64,000 bases of DNA from positions 1 to 64,000 of the forward strand of contig JBEWZL010000103.1 in the NCBI GenBank assembly GCA_045837725.1. Reading direction: 5' to 3'. Position 1 is the first letter of the stretch, and each line of letters opens with the position of its first letter. The stretch comes from Vermamoeba vermiformis. Taxonomy: Eukaryota. The notes under the pieces were generated by a model, which was given only the letters and a program-made list of their open reading frames with translations, was not told where the DNA came from and searched no databases. Both the position numbers and the translations under genes were made by a program. Of the stretch, positions 62,412 to 64,000 are shown one piece after another.

Positions 62412-64000
62412 ATGTCCAAAAAAGTCAATTTTAATAAGCTATTGGAACAATCCAAGCAGCTCACGACTCAGTTCCAAGATCAAGGATTCCTCATCCAACG
62501 AAATATTGAACAGATCGATGAAGCTTCGAGGAATTTAGTTCAAAAAGTCAGCCAAGAAGAGAAAAAATCACACCCCAAAGCGTAAGTCCCCATTATGCTC
62601 GAAAAATTTAAATGTTGAAGATCGCGCGCATATTTTTTTCTGGTCTGTCTCCCTAATAATTCTTAATAAACAAATGTTTAATTTATGCTAATAATATCTA
62701 AATAATTATAGTAATTTTATTGAGGCTGAAGGATCAGATGAAAAAAAATATCAGCGTTACTAACATTATTTTATTACAGACAAATACTATTGGCCCGCCA
62801 AGGCTTTGATACTGAAAAATTAACTCAGAATTTGAGTTCTATCGATTTAAAAACAACTTTTGAACCATTGGAATCGATCTCAGAGACCGATCTCGAAAGT
62901 TATTTGAAGCATGAACACGAATTGATTGTATTGAGCGCAATTGAAGAAGCTAAGAAAGAGGTAATATTAATTATAACAAAAATATAATTATTGAATTTTT
63001 TCATTATTTTTAAAATTATTTTTTCGATCGGATCTCGATCTCCGTTACATGTCATTAGCGGCCAACTAACACTCGTATAATTTGTGTATATAGACTATTG
63101 AACAATATAACTCGAATTTTATCTCACGTATGGAAGACGAATGGGAAGAGAAAAAGCGCGAAATTATCGAAATGTTAACGCAGACTGGTCCTGCTTGGGA
63201 AGGCTTGCAAAAAACAAAAGAGAAGCCCAAAGGTATATAATATAGCGTATTATACTCTATAGTACTATTACTTTCAATATAACTATGGTGCAAATTGATC
63301 TTTCGTCTCAATAATTTTTTTCTATCGTGCTGTAGTCGATAATTTTATCAATTTTATTAACGGACTTTAATTTAGTAAATTTCCAAACCTCAATGGACAT
63401 GAAAATGTTGCACTACGCCAAGGTTATTTGCGACTTGAACAACTTCAGACTGCAAAAGAAACCTTTCGGCCTTGCTACTCGATTGCTAGATGTCGCTAAA
63501 AATTTTGAAGATAAGAATATGGTGCGTATAATATACTACTCTCAATTGACTTAACGATTACAATTTTGGATCTTGAGATCTTACAAACGCAGTCAATTTC
63601 TTTTAACTTTAATTGCAATTTCTGATTTGCTCGGTTTATTACGGATATTTTTTTATCAATTTTATTAATTTGTTCGTTTTTTAGCAACGCAAGTTGGAGT
63701 TGATTGACTGTTTTGATCTGCTGCGAAAAATGATCGGCGAAGGAGGTGTTTTGCCTGACGGCACTATTACGTAAGTATCACTTACCATAAAAGGAAATCA
63801 TTACAACAAAAATCGAACTTTTAACCGGCATATCGATGCGTGAAAAAAGTTTGCAAAAATTCATTTATTGACCATATTTGGCAATACAGACGATCGCCGA
63901 GCCGCAACGAGCGAGATTTCGAGCAAGACTTAAAAGTTAATCCGAGTGAAGTGAAAAGATATTTCTTGAAAGGCGCACGTGACTTTTTGGAAGAGCAGTA
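62412..64000 (+). CDS. NUP93: Nucleoporin Nup93/Nic96, 5' part (runs off window)
   Basis: FNKLLEQSKQL, IQRNIEQIDEAS, LLARQGFD, TTFEPLE.I.ETDLESYLKHEHE..VLSAIEEA, DEWEEKKREI and GARDFLEEQ. Confidence 0.92.

Noticed and set aside
1-64000. Prokaryotic features: operons, CRISPR arrays, IS elements, tRNA/rRNA
   Set aside because: The sequence is intron-rich eukaryotic DNA. No repeat-spacer array, transposase ORF or tRNA-like structure was seen by eye.

Overview
AT-rich, gene-dense eukaryotic nuclear DNA with many short GT-AG spliceosomal introns. Gene content suggests a free-living amoeboid protist, probably Amoebozoa (inference only). About 28 protein-coding genes could be spliced by hand; no tRNA, rRNA, CRISPR or transposase was seen. 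Recognisable genes: arginase, GT31 galactosyltransferase, RhoGAP, UPF2, CRYZL1, GPR137/TOM1-like protein, WD40 protein, Thg1-like protein, TlpA-type thioredoxin and NUP93 (partial). Most striking: (1) a five-copy tandem array (1001-6451) of intact but divergent ribosomal stalk protein uL10/P0 paralogs that all lack the acidic GTPase-recruiting tail and show mosaic, patchy divergence, next to an intronless, truncated, motif-degenerate Prp22/DHX8 copy; (2) a bacterial-type ThuA-GSDH-PKD-CBM6-malectin surface protein with 10 introns and a circularly permuted F5/8-like domain nested in its CBM6; (3) an unclassified WCA-type Arp2/3 activator; (4) an F-box/SMI1/histone-fold-like protein; (5) a sharply CpG-depleted but intact F-box gene; (6) a Thg1-like protein with a dsRBD-like tail. 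All homology calls come from motif recognition by eye, not from database searches.
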